DNA from: Bugula neritina
Taxonomy: Eukaryota > Animalia > Bryozoa
Assembly (NCBI GenBank): GCA_964035545.1
Contig: OZ037768.1
Coordinates: 7,968,741-8,032,740 of the forward strand
Reading direction: 5' to 3'
Length of the DNA stretch: 64,000 nucleotides
Shown: positions 1 to 15,500 of the stretch, piece by piece
Numbering within the stretch: position 1 is the stretch's first letter
Layout: the number at the start of each line of letters is the position of its first letter
The notes under the pieces: generated by a model
What the model saw: the letters and a program-made list of their open reading frames with translations, nothing else
What the model was told of the DNA's origin: nothing
Databases searched by the model: none
Made by a program: the position numbers and the translations under genes

Positions 1-594
1 TTGCTTTTCAGTTGTACATTACGTTAGAATGTGCTGCCAAATTACACCCACAATCCTTAGTTACAGCTCAAGGCAGCTGCTCTTAGGGTTTAGTTTCTTA
101 TATTAATAAGTTTAGTGCTTATTGGCTGGCCTTTATGCAGTATTACCCTACTTCCTATCTATTAAATAGCAATGCTTTGCTGCTGATATACTCTTTTGCT
201 GACCAAATGCTATAAAATACATATAATATTGCCTGTATAATATATAATATGCAATATATATGTATCATATATACATGTAATATATAATATTACATATATA
301 ATCTATAATATGTATAATATATATACATGTATTATTGCCTTTTAGAATCATAGTTTTCGGTATGAAGAGGATGAGACCACTGGTTCTGATGCATTTATAT
401 TTATTGAAAATTAATTTGTTATGTTGCTTGGTATATTGCTTCTGCTTTTCTTGACAAAAGTGTCACTAAATTTGAAACAAGACGTTTACTATCATATCTT
501 TGCAAGTCTCATGTGTATAGAGTGATAGTCTCATCTGTTTTCAGTAAACTGTGTTCTGTTGTGTTGCTGTTAAAAGTTATCCTGTTTATTGTAG

Positions 595-3500
595 CCTATA
601 GTTCTTACCTTCACGAACCCACAAGCTAATCAGTGGTACTTTGTGGAAATTGATAGAAACTTGAGAACCAAATACAACTCTCTTTGGATAAATGGAATAC
701 TGGTGAATCAGCAGCAACTGCCTCCCTTTGGAAGGTAATTTGTTCAGTTTGTGTCATTTTTACAAGTTTGTATTGTGTATATGAGTAAAGGTAATCTTAT
801 ACTGTAGTTGTATTCAGTCTCATAGTTAATGCATATAAAAATCTTAGAATGAGTAAAATTTTGCTCAACAAATGCTACTTAATGCTTGGGATTGTTGCCT
901 GCCGTATAGATTTTGAAAACATTTTGTTGAAAAGTTTTAAGTTAGTCTTACACATGACCTTACTACCAGGGAGAGTCTGACAAAGCAGCTTTCAATTGAT
1001 CATTCTGGTTCATGATTGAATCGAATCTTGTTCTAGTCTTTAGTATTTTTTGTCATATAATTTTATATTATAGAGTACATCATTTACCAACTTCTAGCTC
1101 TCCTTATAATAGTTTTGCATTACTAACATATAGTTTGGTTGTAGTATACCACCTCAGAACCTCCACCAGGGGGCATCCAACAACCTGCTGATAGGAAGAA
1201 GGAACCCAGGCTCAGACTTCACGTACCCATCCACAGGCATGTTCACCATTGATAGGCTGGATTTGCTCCAAGGAAGTCGTGACTATTTGATGAAGATTGG
1301 GCATATCCAACGAGGTGACAACTCCAAACCTACATTATTTAAAATAATTGTATACTATAACTTATATTTTTAATAACCTTCAGGTTTTGATGTTGAAATT
1401 ATTTATTTTAACTGATGCTTTGCTAAAAAATATACTTTAGTGGTAATTGATTAGTGATGTCGGTGAGTCATGAAGGAGCAGGTGCTCTGTAGGTGTTTAC
1501 AACATCTTCTATGATTCACTCATTAAATACCTTTTACGTTATTATCCGTTTAATTAATTTATTGTTCAATGCTGAAACCATAGCGGAGTTATTCACTAAT
1601 AGTTATCAGTGAGGGTAGGTTATCTCACCCACCTTTTACTTCTCTGGAGTTTACTGAAACGTCTACTATGTGATGTAATTGTGTATTTTCAAGAAATGCC
1701 TGCTAATGAGTAACACGAAGTCTTAATTTACTGTAAATGCCAGCAGTCTGGATTCACAATGCAAGCAGCAAATAGCAATCATTAGCTAGTAATAGAATAA
1801 GTGCTTCCTTCACTAAATGATGAAATCCTATTTCTAATATTATACACTAGAGCAACATTTTCCTATCTAATAATGTCTAAATACTGTATGTTTAAAGCAG
1901 ATAACTTATTGTTTGGCCACCAGTGCATTTATTTATTTGTTCTACTCATTTCTTTAAAGACAAAGTTATCTAATTTGTTTAACATCAATAACATAGGGAA
2001 TGTTGGGTTGTAGGAGTTCCTCCTCATATATTCTACAACATGGAGAAGCCTCAATCTGGTCAAAATATGTATTCTTTGCTGTTCAAAAACCAGAGCATTC
2101 AGCATTTACCAACTGTGGAGGTGATGAACCCTAACCAGGGCTTTCAGTATGTACCAGGAAAGAGTATGTACGCATTGTTGCTCTCCGGGGCTACTGCTGG
2201 TATGACTCAGCCTAGAAGGAATGAGGAATGCTACAACAATTTAGGTATTTAGAAGTTGTCTTCTTTCTGGTATTGAAAACAACTGGATTACTACTAATGT
2301 TCAGTTTTAGTATTTGATTAATCATTGCTAGATCGCAAGGCGCACTGAAACATTATTATATTTGTTTAAAACTGTCAACAATAGTTGTTTATCACCTAAT
2401 CATATTGCTGAGTAAAATGTTAAGTCATGGCCACATCGAGCAGATTTCCTCGAAGACTGCTGGCGAAAACTTTGCAGAGGCAGCAAAATAGGGCTAAATG
2501 TACAGCGTAAAAATTTTTGAGGTTAGAATCTGATTGGCCAATCACTATTTATCAAGCCCACTTTTGTATTTCAGTTTTACGCTTTTATTGAGAATGGAGA
2601 ATGAAATTTCAAAATGAAATAATAGTAAAGCCATTGGCAAATACAACAGGTCACTTGAATGATGTTCGCGCTGACAATGTTGAATGTATTGTGTGTGGCA
2701 GGTAACTCCTGCAGCAGATTTTCTCCGCACACAAAATACCGGTACATGTAACTCTAGATTTAACCATTTATAATATCATTCTGTAGAAAAATGTGTGCAC
2801 GGGCTGCTGATAAGAGGATGGTTTAACCTTCAAATACTGGTTGATAATGCTGGGTACATGTCTTCTGGGTTCAGTGGCATCAGTATGGGCTACTTCAATG
2901 GCAGACTCGTCATAACTGCCAACACTCTCTCTAAAGCGTGGCGTCTGGAAATCACTACGGCAATGGAAAGAAAATGGATGTTTCTGGAGATCTCATTTCA
3001 TCCCAAGTTTGGACTCTCTGTGTTTAAAGACAAGGTACTGTTTGTAGATGAGTATTTCGCCCGTATCTGTGAAATATTGTATAGGTTTGGTACTTTACTG
3101 CCTCTTTTTCCTGTATTTCCAGTATTGACTTTAATTTAATCTTTCATCATAGTTTGTGTTATGGTGCTCAAAAGTGCTCTTTAAATACCATCTGTTGACT
3201 TGATATGATAATTACTACAGAATTTTCTCTGGATCTCATCAGTTATTAAACTATTAGCAGTGACTTTCCAAAACAAGATTTTGCTGAGCTAAATAAGTTG
3301 TGTTTTAGGAGCTCATAGCTGACACGGTTGCATATTCGAATGTGAACTATCGGCCCGCTGTTCTCCCAAGTAAGTTTATTTTGGGAGGAACTAACGACAT
3401 CAACATGAACAATGGAGCTCTGCTTGTGGATGATCTGGAGATCTGGTATGGAGATCGTGGCTACGTCTGCAGTTTCAGAATTGATAGCATCTGTTACACA

Positions 3501-6500
3501 GAGAGAACCAAGCATTATGTGATTGGTAAGAAAGGGATACTATTTAGTTTCCAATAAATAATAATGATGTAACTCTGAATAAGTTTTATAGACTTTTATA
3601 GTTTGGGTTGCAGCACAACTACTTCCATCTCTCTAACCCTTTGGTTTTAGATTTTTAATATTAAATTTTGTTGCAAAATTTCAGCTCGTTTTTAAAAATA
3701 AGCCAATCAAATGACACACTATCTTTAGAAGCAAGACACCCTCCCAGCATGTCTACTATTCAGCATGAACTTTTTGTATTGCAGACTTTGACAACTGGGA
3801 CTATGACTATAGTGGAAGACTACAGCATGAAGAGCTGATAATACCCGCATACGGTTATTTAGTTGATGGTCTTTACGACCAAGCTCTAGATGTCAATGGC
3901 ATCAGTCACTCACCCACAACAGTGAGTGACATCAAGCCTCGGACACCAGCTAGAGATCATTGGTTAGGTAAGATTGTTTCAAAATAGATAATCTTGTCAA
4001 ACTACAAAATTATAAACCTTTTTTGGTAAAAAATTGAACACATTTTAGACAAAATTTAAGTTTTTTTTACAAATTTATTATGAACCAAATATTCTCTTAA
4101 TTTTTGTCAATTTCATCTGTGGAAACATTCATGTTCGTTAAATTCATTTTTCATCGATTTTAGGTAACTTAGCCTACGTGCAAGGAAGTGGATACACTGT
4201 ATCCTTCTATGTGAAACCAGAGGCTAGCATGTTGACTGCTTCTAACCAAGCCATTTATTTCCTTTCTACTGGTTTGTACTCTTTAAGCTCTTAACTCATT
4301 TATGTTTATAATATAAAAACCAGACATACACTGTATATGTTATTACCTCCCTTAGTCAATTTTATGTGATCATGCAGGTGTGAATGGCATTGACGTCTAC
4401 TACAAGAATAACAGACTGCATGCAGAAGCGCGTCTTGGAAACAGGAAGTGGTCAGTCAGTTCTCCCGTAGACTATCTCAAAGCTGACGAATGGAATTACA
4501 TCATTGTAGCCTGGTCACCTGTAAAGGGACTGCTGTTGGCCAAAGATGAACGTCTGTACTTAGTGAATCAGGACATGTTTGGACAGCAAATGACAAATGA
4601 GGTACAACAAATACTTTGCATTAAAAAGTTCTTTTCTAGACAGACAGCTTTTTATTGTCTATTGAATATTTGTTTTAAACTCTACCAACAGCAATTGTAT
4701 TGATTTTGTAAGTAATGGTCTATGCCTCACTTTTGTTCCTCAGTAATTCTCTCAATAGACCAATAGTATGATGTATAAAGTTGTCAATATTTATACAATA
4801 TCTTCAATTAAATTTTGTATTATTTGGTAGTCAGTAGAGGTAAGCATAGCTTCTGGTAAGAAAGTGTGTCCCATCTTGTAGCTCCGCTACTGATAATAAT
4901 ATATTGTTGCTTAAAGACACTAGAGCTAAATTTATGGTATATTTTATAAAATCAAACTTTGGAACTATTGGGACAGAACAAAGTATGTTCATTATTGTAC
5001 AAACAATAATGTTTTATTAAAAAGTTTACCTAATTTTGTAAATTGGAAATTGCCAGTGAGTTTCTGTAGCAGAAATCAGACTGTAAGACATCATCCTTCC
5101 AGAATATGCTGGAAGCAACTGAAACTATGCCAGTCACACTGTGGTGATAGTATGGGTTGATTGAATCTCTCAAATCAGCTGCTAGATCTACTGCTAGCTG
5201 CTGTATTTATGCTCTGTCTGCTCAGTAAATCTTTTTCAAATCTTAGAATAAAGCATTAGTTTATGAGAGTCAGTTGTAAGAAATAATCTGCTTGTATTTA
5301 AGTTAACGGCATTTTACAATATCTCTTGCATCTGAAGGTTTTTCAAGCTGTTAGGCTAAGTAAAGATATAACAATTTTTTCAAAAAATATTTTGCTGCAC
5401 TGTTTTACACATGTAGCTCAATGGGCTAAATATTTTGCTGTAAATGTTAAACAAGACATTTGTTCATGCTGTCTAGACACCTGCTCATGCTGTCTAGACA
5501 CCTGCTCATGCTGTCTAGACACCTGCTCATATTGTCTAGACACCTGCTCATATTGTCTAGACACCTGCTCATATTGTCTGCACACACTAATTCTTCATAC
5601 CATTGCACTTCAGGTTACCACTGGCAGTCAGTTCTTTATCGGTGGAGTGAATCAGGGAGGTGGTAGATTTGATAACCATAGAAGTCTGCAGGTGATGTTT
5701 GATGAGATGCATATTTGGCAGATGTACCTTCTACCAGGTGAGATATCTAGACAGCACACTCTCTGCATCTCGTTTGTTTATGCTGTCAGAGTGTTTACTC
5801 TTTATTACAGCCATATTTTAATGTTTAATAGAATTATTTCATTTATATAAATTTTTTCATATTAGTATGTAAAATTTCGTTTTTATTGTAATAATATTGG
5901 CTAATTTTACGTTGAAATATATTATAATTTTCACAAATTAGGTAGCTGATTTTTAAGTAATTAAATGTTTGACTATTGTGGAATAATTAGCTTTTTGTTA
6001 TGCTAATAATGTTATATGGAAAGTTACGGCTTAGATGTATACTGCATATTATACTGAATATTTTGCTTTGAAGAGTTAAGCAAAGCTAAATCTTGCAATT
6101 TAAAAAGTCTAAAATTAGATTTTGATATTAAATAGAATAGTAGACTTCAATACTGGGTTTTAGCATTTATGATTTGATCAGTATTACGTAATGACTTTGG
6201 TTGTCAGAAGCAAAACTATTCAATTGATTTTGCAGGCCCACCTGACCATCATAGCTTCTCATTTGAGAGAAATCACATTTCCTTCAACAAAGTGGAGCAT
6301 CCAGAGTTTGATGTGATGTTGTATGGAGGGCAGATTGTAGAGGGAGAAGTTGGTAATGCTACGTCTCTCAGTGGTATGTTATTTCTTTTTACTTTGATTA
6401 CAACAACAACTGATTAAGCAAAATATTTGCTATATTATCTATACAAAAATTCTTTCTATTTACCTAATGGAGATTTTTCAATAGAAATCATGTTGTTATT

Positions 6501-9500
6501 TTTTGGCGTATAAATAACCGATAAACATTTGAAACTAAATGCAATTTTTCATAGTCTATAAAATATATAATATAAAGCTCGAGATTTCTAATAGCGGTTG
6601 ATGGTTGTCATACCATTTCTTTAAGCATATATCTGGTCAATTTTTTTTACTATGAACGTTATTAAAAAAATAGCCACTCTATAAGTTGTCTAAACTCACT
6701 AGTATCTTGTACTAAAATGCATGTTGATTGCAGGTAGTGGACAGTACGTCGACTTGGGTGAGCACTCCAATCTGTGGATTGACGACTTAGAGCAGTGTGA
6801 TCAAGGCTTTACTATGTCCTTCAGAATAAAACCTAGAAGCGGGTTTTACCAGCCTGACCAGGTGGTTCTCTCTGGAAGCTCGTATGAGATCACCACTCTG
6901 TCACGTTCCAGGTATAAACTGCTAGTACCATAGTAGATATATAACTATATGCAGTCTGGAATTAATATTTGTGTCAAAACTAACATTTGAGTATACAACT
7001 TAGTAAGAGATAAGTTTTTCTATTCACTGCAGCTATCAGTATGACATGTGGCCCCTGATAACTTATACCAGTTCTAATAATTTTCTTATTTCCTGTGTAC
7101 TTGTGTTGCTCTATGCACTATTTTGCTTACTACTTGTTACAGATGTCATAATATATAATAATGACTCAGTGACATGTAGCATATTCTCAACTATTATGTG
7201 GCTGTTAAGAAACAAACCTTTTTATGTGAATGTATCTGTACGTAAATTCAAATAAATTTGGGTCTATACAGTCGCATACAGCTACATATATCTAAATGTA
7301 GATACATAAATCTTTGACTTGAATTATTTTTCTGACAACATTTTTTCCACCGAGAAAAAACTTACTTGCTACAATGTTAATTACTATTCTGTCTATGCTA
7401 CAAAAATAACGAAAACAACTGTGAATTTAAGTTTGCTTTAGCACATTTTTCTACATAATAAAATAGCTAGAGATTGATGTATGTAAACTCCTATGGCTTT
7501 GTGTTTATTTAGCCTGTGTTTATTTAGCCTGTGTTTGTAGGTTGCAAGTTAAGGTGATGAGCAAGGACCAGGAGTGGGAAGTGAGGTCATACTCTATGCC
7601 ATCTAATGGCTGGACTCTGATAGACATTTCATGGACTGAGGATGACGGCCTGCAGTTCTATGTCAATGACACTTTATCTGTGAGAGATCAAGCTGGTCAA
7701 CCGAGAACGAGTGTGAGTCAGACAGTTACGATTAGTAAACCATCTTGAGTACATACACTACGATCTCTTGACGATATCCCGATTCCTCTTGACTAATGTT
7801 TGTCTTGGTTTATTTACTTTTCTGTTTTAATCTCCTATTAAAGCTTGATAAAAAAGCTAATCTAATGTGAGAAAAATCATTTTTCTTTATTTACATTTTA
7901 ATAACAAATATGGTTCGAGATAATTTATAAAAACAAATGCAACTTTTTATTTATAGATAATGCTAACGGTGTACGTCACATTTCTCAGATAATCTGTATA
8001 AGCTTCTGCAATTGTAGCCATACTCTCAATCAAGGCTGTTGGTTGGCAAAGCAGAGAATCAGGCAAACAGGAGATATTTCAACGGAGAAGTAGATGAGTT
8101 ACACTTCTATAGGACCACTTATCAAGATCTCAAAAAGAAGAACATTTTTGCAACACCTCGCTGTGAGTTTAGCACATGATTTACTTTCCTTTCTAACATG
8201 TTGCACCATTTACACATGCAAACATGTAGCTCTATTATGGTGAATAATTGTACTACAATGATCTTACTTTAAAACAAGGTTTACTATTTATGACATGCAA
8301 TTATAATATAGATGCTTTAATAACATTGTTCAGGTAATTTCCACAAGTTGCTAGTGACTATGGATGGAATTCAAGGCAATAGAGTAGTTCATGAAAACAA
8401 GACAGATATCCTTGTTTTTGGTGGACCTCAAATTGTGAATGGAATAAATGGTGGGTATTTATCTATATATTGGTACTTTTACTTCATGTTGCGACACTTT
8501 ATTATATTGTATTTCTGTATTCATCAGCTATTGTAAACTATTTTACTGTAAGTTGTCTGCTCACTGTTTTTAAAGTCGTCTTCTCTAATGTTTTACAAGG
8601 AATATGATCATACTTTCATGAACTGTAATATTTAATTTGTTAATGGAAAACTCTAAAACACACTTGGTTCCTGCATAAACTTTAAATTATATTTAAGAAA
8701 ATAAATTTTAATATTTGTACAATTATATTATATTATGATAATTTTATATTTGATGTTCTTGGCTGTAGCAATGTGAATTTGAAAGCAACTAGTAAAACTT
8801 GAATCAATGTGGTGAGCTCACTGAGCATTTGCGCATCTCAGTAGCTTATAATATGCCTTATAAGCCGTTGTAATCTGTAAGCTTACATTAACCTTCTCTC
8901 ATGACTGTATTATTTTAAATGATAGAAACTGCCATACAGCTTGCCCCTTCACAGTCCATAGAAATTGGTAGAAGACTCACTTGCCAGTCCAGACCCAACT
9001 CTTGTCTTAATGGATTTACGCTGAGATTCACAATGAAGCCCATCTCTTTGGGTTTGACGTCATATTTAATTTCCAGTAACCCTGTCGAAATCATATATGG
9101 AAATGGTAAATATCAGTGATACATAACAAACAACTGTTCCTATGATTTCTCATTTTGCTCTGTTTTAAAATTTCTATAACCAGCAGTTGGGTATTTTATA
9201 TTACGACTGTTCCTAATCTAATTACTGTGTAGAGCTTTCAATAGTACTAAATGTCTACAAAGAGAGCATACGGATAGCTTGTTTTAAAATGCTCAATTGT
9301 TATTTTTGTGCTTTTAGATCGAAAACTGTACGTCAACTACAGATCAGTAGATGGAGTTTGGCAGTCTGCGTTGTCAGGGCTGGAGATGGACAAATGGTAC
9401 ACTCTTGATCTCTCCTGGGACGATGAGAATGGAATGACTGTTTATGTGAATGATGTGCAGAGAGCATGGCAACAGGTAGACTACTGGTCGTGTCACACTT

Positions 9501-12500
9501 TAACTACTCTCATACTAAAGTAAATGTCATGGAGGACTTTAGCTGTATTGTTAACAAGTGAAGGTATTTTATTAGACACAGAATGTATCAGGCAGCTTAG
9601 GAGGTATCAAATCAAATATGACACATTATTGTATTGTATTTAGAACATTCACTACTAATCAAAATTTGCTATGCTTGTAATGACCTCCATATACTAAAGT
9701 ATGTTTTTATAGTGGATTTGTAGCAGTTTTGGGAATAATCATTGATGGTATATTGTGTAGATGTCCTTCACCTCTTACCCGAATTACAACGACAACCTGA
9801 GTTTCTACATAAATCGACCATCTGGCACCCTGCAGACGAGCTATACTAGATCTGAGCTTGTTGTCGACACGTTCGGTATCTGGGATGCTAAGAGAGAGCT
9901 ACTGAAGGCCTGTGGCACACTACCCAATATTCCTCGTAAGTTTTCTCTAATCCTTTCTAGTTTCTACATTGTATAAAAGAGATTTTAATTTGTGCATATA
10001 TTTAGCCTGGATGTAATTTGAGCCTTGTATCAATTATTTTTGAATTTACTAACCTCTGTGTTCCTAAGTCTATATAGTGAATTTATTTTCAACAGCAGTT
10101 GTGGGAGTTTTTTTTATACAGTTTTGCTAAATCTTTGAAACGAGCTCGAAAGTTGAATTAAAATGAGTTGCAATTTATGCCAATTTTAGTGTGTCAGAAC
10201 TTTCTATGATACTATTACAGATACCATTAAAGAGAGCATGTTTTTCTTCTTAATAATATTTATATCTCATTGTTTCCAGCTACTATCGGTTTGTGGCTGC
10301 CTGCAGTGGATCTTCAGTTTAGTTCATTTGCATGTGTGGCTGTGTTTACTTTTGTAAATGTTAATGTAGCTGCTCACATATACAGCTGTGAAATCTATCC
10401 AGCACTAGCTAATAGCTTTATCTGTATCATTCTGAAGGTCATGTTGCCAGCCAATGATTGAGATATTGCTGCGTATTAGAGCTTAGCAGTGATTGTTGCT
10501 GCATTTATACGTTTTTGGTCTAGCATCTCATTCTTTTAGAATTTAGACTATCATCACTTATTCTCATGCCACATATTTTTAGTAGGCAAGTTTTTTCTGC
10601 CAAATAGCCTGCATGAAGCACCAAAATATATTTTTTAAATTATTTTTTCGTAATATCAAAAATGTATGTTTCAGATAATTTGAACATTATTTGTTAGGCT
10701 CTAATGTCTTTATATGCATATACATATTTTGCTATGGTTAGAAAAGCATGTGCTACTCATAACATAATTATCACTTACTAGTCGTAGCCTAAATTGTCTT
10801 GACAACTTTTAAATTATATTGTAAAAATATCTAAAATAGCCTATTAGACAATGAGTCGTATATCTACTACAGCGGAAGTAAAGCATGACGCCATTTATCC
10901 CGAGAGCCAGAAGGGATACATCCGACTTTTCTACATCCCCACTGAGTATGAAGTGAAGTACAACATGGATGAAGAGTTGACTATCAGGTTTCAAGCCACC
11001 GACGAAGACGGACTTCTGTGGTATAACGTAGATGGGGATATCAGGTCATACCTCTATCTACAAGTAAGTTTTTTGAAGTGGAGGTAAGAAAGTCTTGCAT
11101 AAATGTTTAAAACCTAATCTATATGCAATGCATGTTCACATAGAATCATGGTACTATAAGACATTCATAGTCAGTTGCATACAGATGTAAATTAAGAAAA
11201 TTGCGTAATTTTATATGCTCTGCTGTGAATTTAACTCGAGCGATTGAATTTAGGATGGAGATTTGTGGTTCGCTACACAGAAAGGCAATCAGCCAGCCAA
11301 TAAAAGGTGGATTACTAATGGACAGAATTTCCACAACAGTAAGCAGGACCATGTATTGGTGATGAAAAGTAGCAATGGAAACTCTGTAAGTATGGTTACA
11401 TGTATTATCAGCAAATTGTTTAATTGTTCTCATTGGATATGTATGTTTGTTTTCATTGTGTATTTTAACATTTTAACTTTCATTATTGTATGAAAAGTTG
11501 AGTTAAAGTGCTATTTGTTTATTTAGGTACCAAAGAGTGGGTTAAATTTAACAAAATCCCATGGTCAAACCTAACCCCAAATTCAGCTGTTTTGAATTGA
11601 AATGGACTGTTTAGTAGTAACAACTTTGTTTTGTTTTTTGTAGCAACTCTATACTTTGTTATCTATAAATAGGTTATATATGAACTAAAAAATTGTTTCA
11701 AAATTGAAATATAAATTAATGAAGTTGATAAATAATATTGATGCAGATATGCAAGCTCAGACTTGTTATCATGTATTCGATTATGTATTATATCTTACTG
11801 ATATGTTTTAGTTATTCTTCACACTGGATGGCACAGATCTGGTAAATATTGGAACAAACTACAGAGTAAAATTCCTTACTGAAGATTTTAACATAGGAGG
11901 GCATAAGAATGTATCACAAGCTACTGGCCAAGTTGTAAAAAACAGTTTTGTCGGCATGATTAGAGACGTCAAGTTTAACGGCAGTCTATACAACCAAGAG
12001 TTTGATCTCTTCAACGAGATGTGGAAAGAAAATTTTCCTGGTTAGTAAATCGTCAAATAATTCTGAATACTCTGCATTTTTTGCCATGTTATATGAATTT
12101 CCTGTTTGCTAGCTTGTAAAGGGATAGCACTTAGATTTTCTGCTGTATTTTAGATTATGTGCGAACATCTTGCGACATGAAGTTTGACCCTCCAATTGAG
12201 GCTATTTGTGACGAAGGAGATGCACCCGTCACATTTTTGGAAAATGATACATATATCATTGAACAGAGCTGGTCTAAGAAGGGCAAGAAGCCATCACTGG
12301 AAGTTATCTTCACAACTGTGGAGCCCCGAGGCCTTTTGCTTTTTACTGGAACAAAAACTGGCAGATACTTTGCTCTTGAAGTGTTTGATAGAAACCTGTA
12401 CATGGTAGCAGATGTCGGCGATGGCTTGGTTCAGCAAATGGTTAGTTTATAGCCGTTGATTTTAAAATTAAAGCAGTTTCTAATCTTTCAATCAAAAAGG

Positions 12501-15500
12501 TTTAATTTTTTATTTTTCTTATGTAACATGCTATTCTTAGTGAGAAAATTGAACTTATCATAGGGACCTAGGCACTGTTCTTACATTACGCATATAAATT
12601 GTATAGTAAATCAAGTGATAGAATTACTTTGAGTTTTGCAGATTATCGTTTGTTTAATTTTAGCACCAACTATCTTGTTTATCTGGTAATAGGTTGCTGA
12701 ATATCAAAACTGTTTATTATAACATGTGTCTGCTTGCAGATTGGCTCTGATGTAGCTGACAATCGGCCACATATGGTGAAGTTTACGTTTAACACTGCTG
12801 AAAATATGGTGAATGTAATATACAATAGCGAGCATCGTGATGAGCTGGACTTCCCATTCACAGCTCTTGGTAGCCGTTTCAACACTCTGTTTGAGGGACA
12901 AATATACATTGGTGGCCATCCTGACTTCTACTCTCTGCCCTGGAATATCTACTCTCGTAGCGGATTTGTCGGCTGCGTGTCCGTGTTTCAGGTAAGTACC
13001 TGCAGAGTAATAAACCAAGCTAGAATTAGACGTTGCAAAGTTTGATTTAAAAAATACTAATATTTTTCTTTTACATGCTTTATTTACTTTTTAAGATTTG
13101 TTTGTATTAAATTGTATAAAATCACAATAATATACCCAGAAAATGAATGTGTGATAACACATTTTTTGATAAATTAATAAACAATTTTTTTTGTTCAAAG
13201 TCATACAAAATTTCCTCAATAATTTGTTCAATATATTTATGGTACCGTCTTTTAGATCAATACATTATCATCTGATTTGAGGAAACTCTATCAAGACCAA
13301 AATGCTAAAAACATTGTTTCGGGCTGCCAGCCATTCACCAGCTTCTGTGACTCTAACCCGTGTAAGCATGGTGCTCCTTGCTACAACAGGAAAAACAGAT
13401 TTGAGTGTGATTGTCGAGGACTGCCCTTTGTGAATCGTCAAAATGCTGTCTGTGGCGAAGGTATGATTTGCATTACAGGAAAGACATTTGCGTTTAACTT
13501 TTAAAAAAAATTTCTAAGCAAAAGTTTAACCTTGGCTATTAGAAAATCTATGATTTTGTTTTTCTTTTCATAAAAATAGGACAATAATTTTAAAATTTCA
13601 ACATTTTATGCTACAGAAAAATATATTTACACAAATTTTAAAAGCAATTAAGACCTTATCTATGCATTGCTTTAAAATTTGAAGTTTTATTAAACCTATT
13701 TATTTTTCCGAGTACCAGATGATTCTTGTCATTTCTCTTTAGTCTCATCTGAGATACTTTTGTACATGCCAATGAATTACTACAGTCACCATGTTTTACA
13801 TGTAAAATATGTCAGGCAATTACTATGACCATCAGACATTGCATAGCAATGCATTGTGTTTATCTTACAGCGGCCCTCATTGGTAATATAAATGGGACAA
13901 CTTACTTTGATCTGTCATTGGGTAGAGATATCAAAAGTCATGTGAATGACTTTTCTATACGATTCAAAACAATGACAGCAGAAGGCACAATGTTTATGAC
14001 GTACAGTCCCTCTCATCCGGAGTATATTAAAGTCTTTTTTGATAATGGAAAACTTACTGTTGCTGTGAATATTGATGGAGTAAGTGAATGTTTCTTCTGA
14101 TTATAGATATTAAGCATGTAATACAGCTTGAATGTAATTTTGTTGGAGTAAATATCACTAGTTGAAAAATTATGATCTTTTATATAAGCAGAATTTTCTT
14201 GTGGAAAATGTAGTTTTTGATGATATTTTTAATTTTTTTGCTCTATAATACTTTATTAGCGTGAAGTTCAAACATCTCTGGCTGGACAATACAGTGACTA
14301 TGAGTGGCACACCTTGTATATACAGAGAAGAGCAGACGATATGAAAACATGGGTTGATGGGAATTCCCCCACACAAGGTAACACAACTCTTAGTTCACTA
14401 CTACCTGCACGCCCTCTAGTTTAAAATCTCTTTACGCTTAAAAAAAGTTAGAATTTCGGTTCCAATACTTGCAAATGAAGTAAATTTTGATTTTATTTTA
14501 CATGCCAACACAACTAATATGGCTAACTAATAGTAACTGTATTTATTTTGAACAAAATAATATTGTATGTTTGGTGTTTGTTAAATTTATTCTCGTGAGA
14601 AGTCACTCATATTTTTAAACTGAATTCAATTGACCAGAAATTCTCAGCCTATTATAGTCGAATCTTTATACATAATACATTAACATATAATATTATATGA
14701 TATATAATCCATTAACATATAGTATTGATATCTAATACATTAACATACGATACAGTACGCTAAAGCATGATAATATCTGATGTGTTATACACAACATACT
14801 AATGCATAATGCGGTGTGTGCTGCTAAAAATATGACTAATACAAATTAATTTGCTGTGTGTTTTGGCTTGCTGTGTTTTCTGTATTGTGATATTGACATC
14901 ATACCTCACTGTTGCATTATATTTTGTAAAAAGTTGGCAGTTTGCAAGGTAATTTAATAAACAAATATCCCAGCACCAGCCCAGTTCTACCTCGGGGAAT
15001 CTATTAGCAGATAGCACCGGTGATGGAGAAGCATGTGTTGTAACACCAGTAGCCATTTATCTAGTCTAGTTTGTATATGGGTGTCTTATGGTGTGCATGC
15101 ATTATGTGTTATGTATATATTAATAATAAGCAATACAACCTGTTGACTCTCATACCGGGAAGTACTATATGTAAAAATAACATATAAAAATCTCCCGTAC
15201 TCCTCTTGCCATCACCAATGATCTTGTGGGATTCAAACCCATAATCTAGTGCACTCCGGGCCAACACTCTAACTACTAGACCAATGTAGCTCCTTTGTAA
15301 ATTACTTCTATTTATGTTCTAATATTTATATGTCAACTAATGGTGAATGTCCTGTTATGGCACAGGGGCTGGAGGTTATTAGTCAATTAGTTTATTAGTC
15401 AATTAGTTAGAGGTACTGTCTTCTCTCTGTCATGACCTCCTATGATGCTGTATAACTGTCACTGCATGCATAAATTGTAAACACAAAAGGGAGACTTGCG

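Noticed and set aside
5326-5666. Cys-rich CCLDTCS repeat ORF resembling a metallothionein, and the MLSRHLL repeat ORF
   Set aside because: Both are translations of an intronic 21-bp minisatellite; the true exon starts at 5614.
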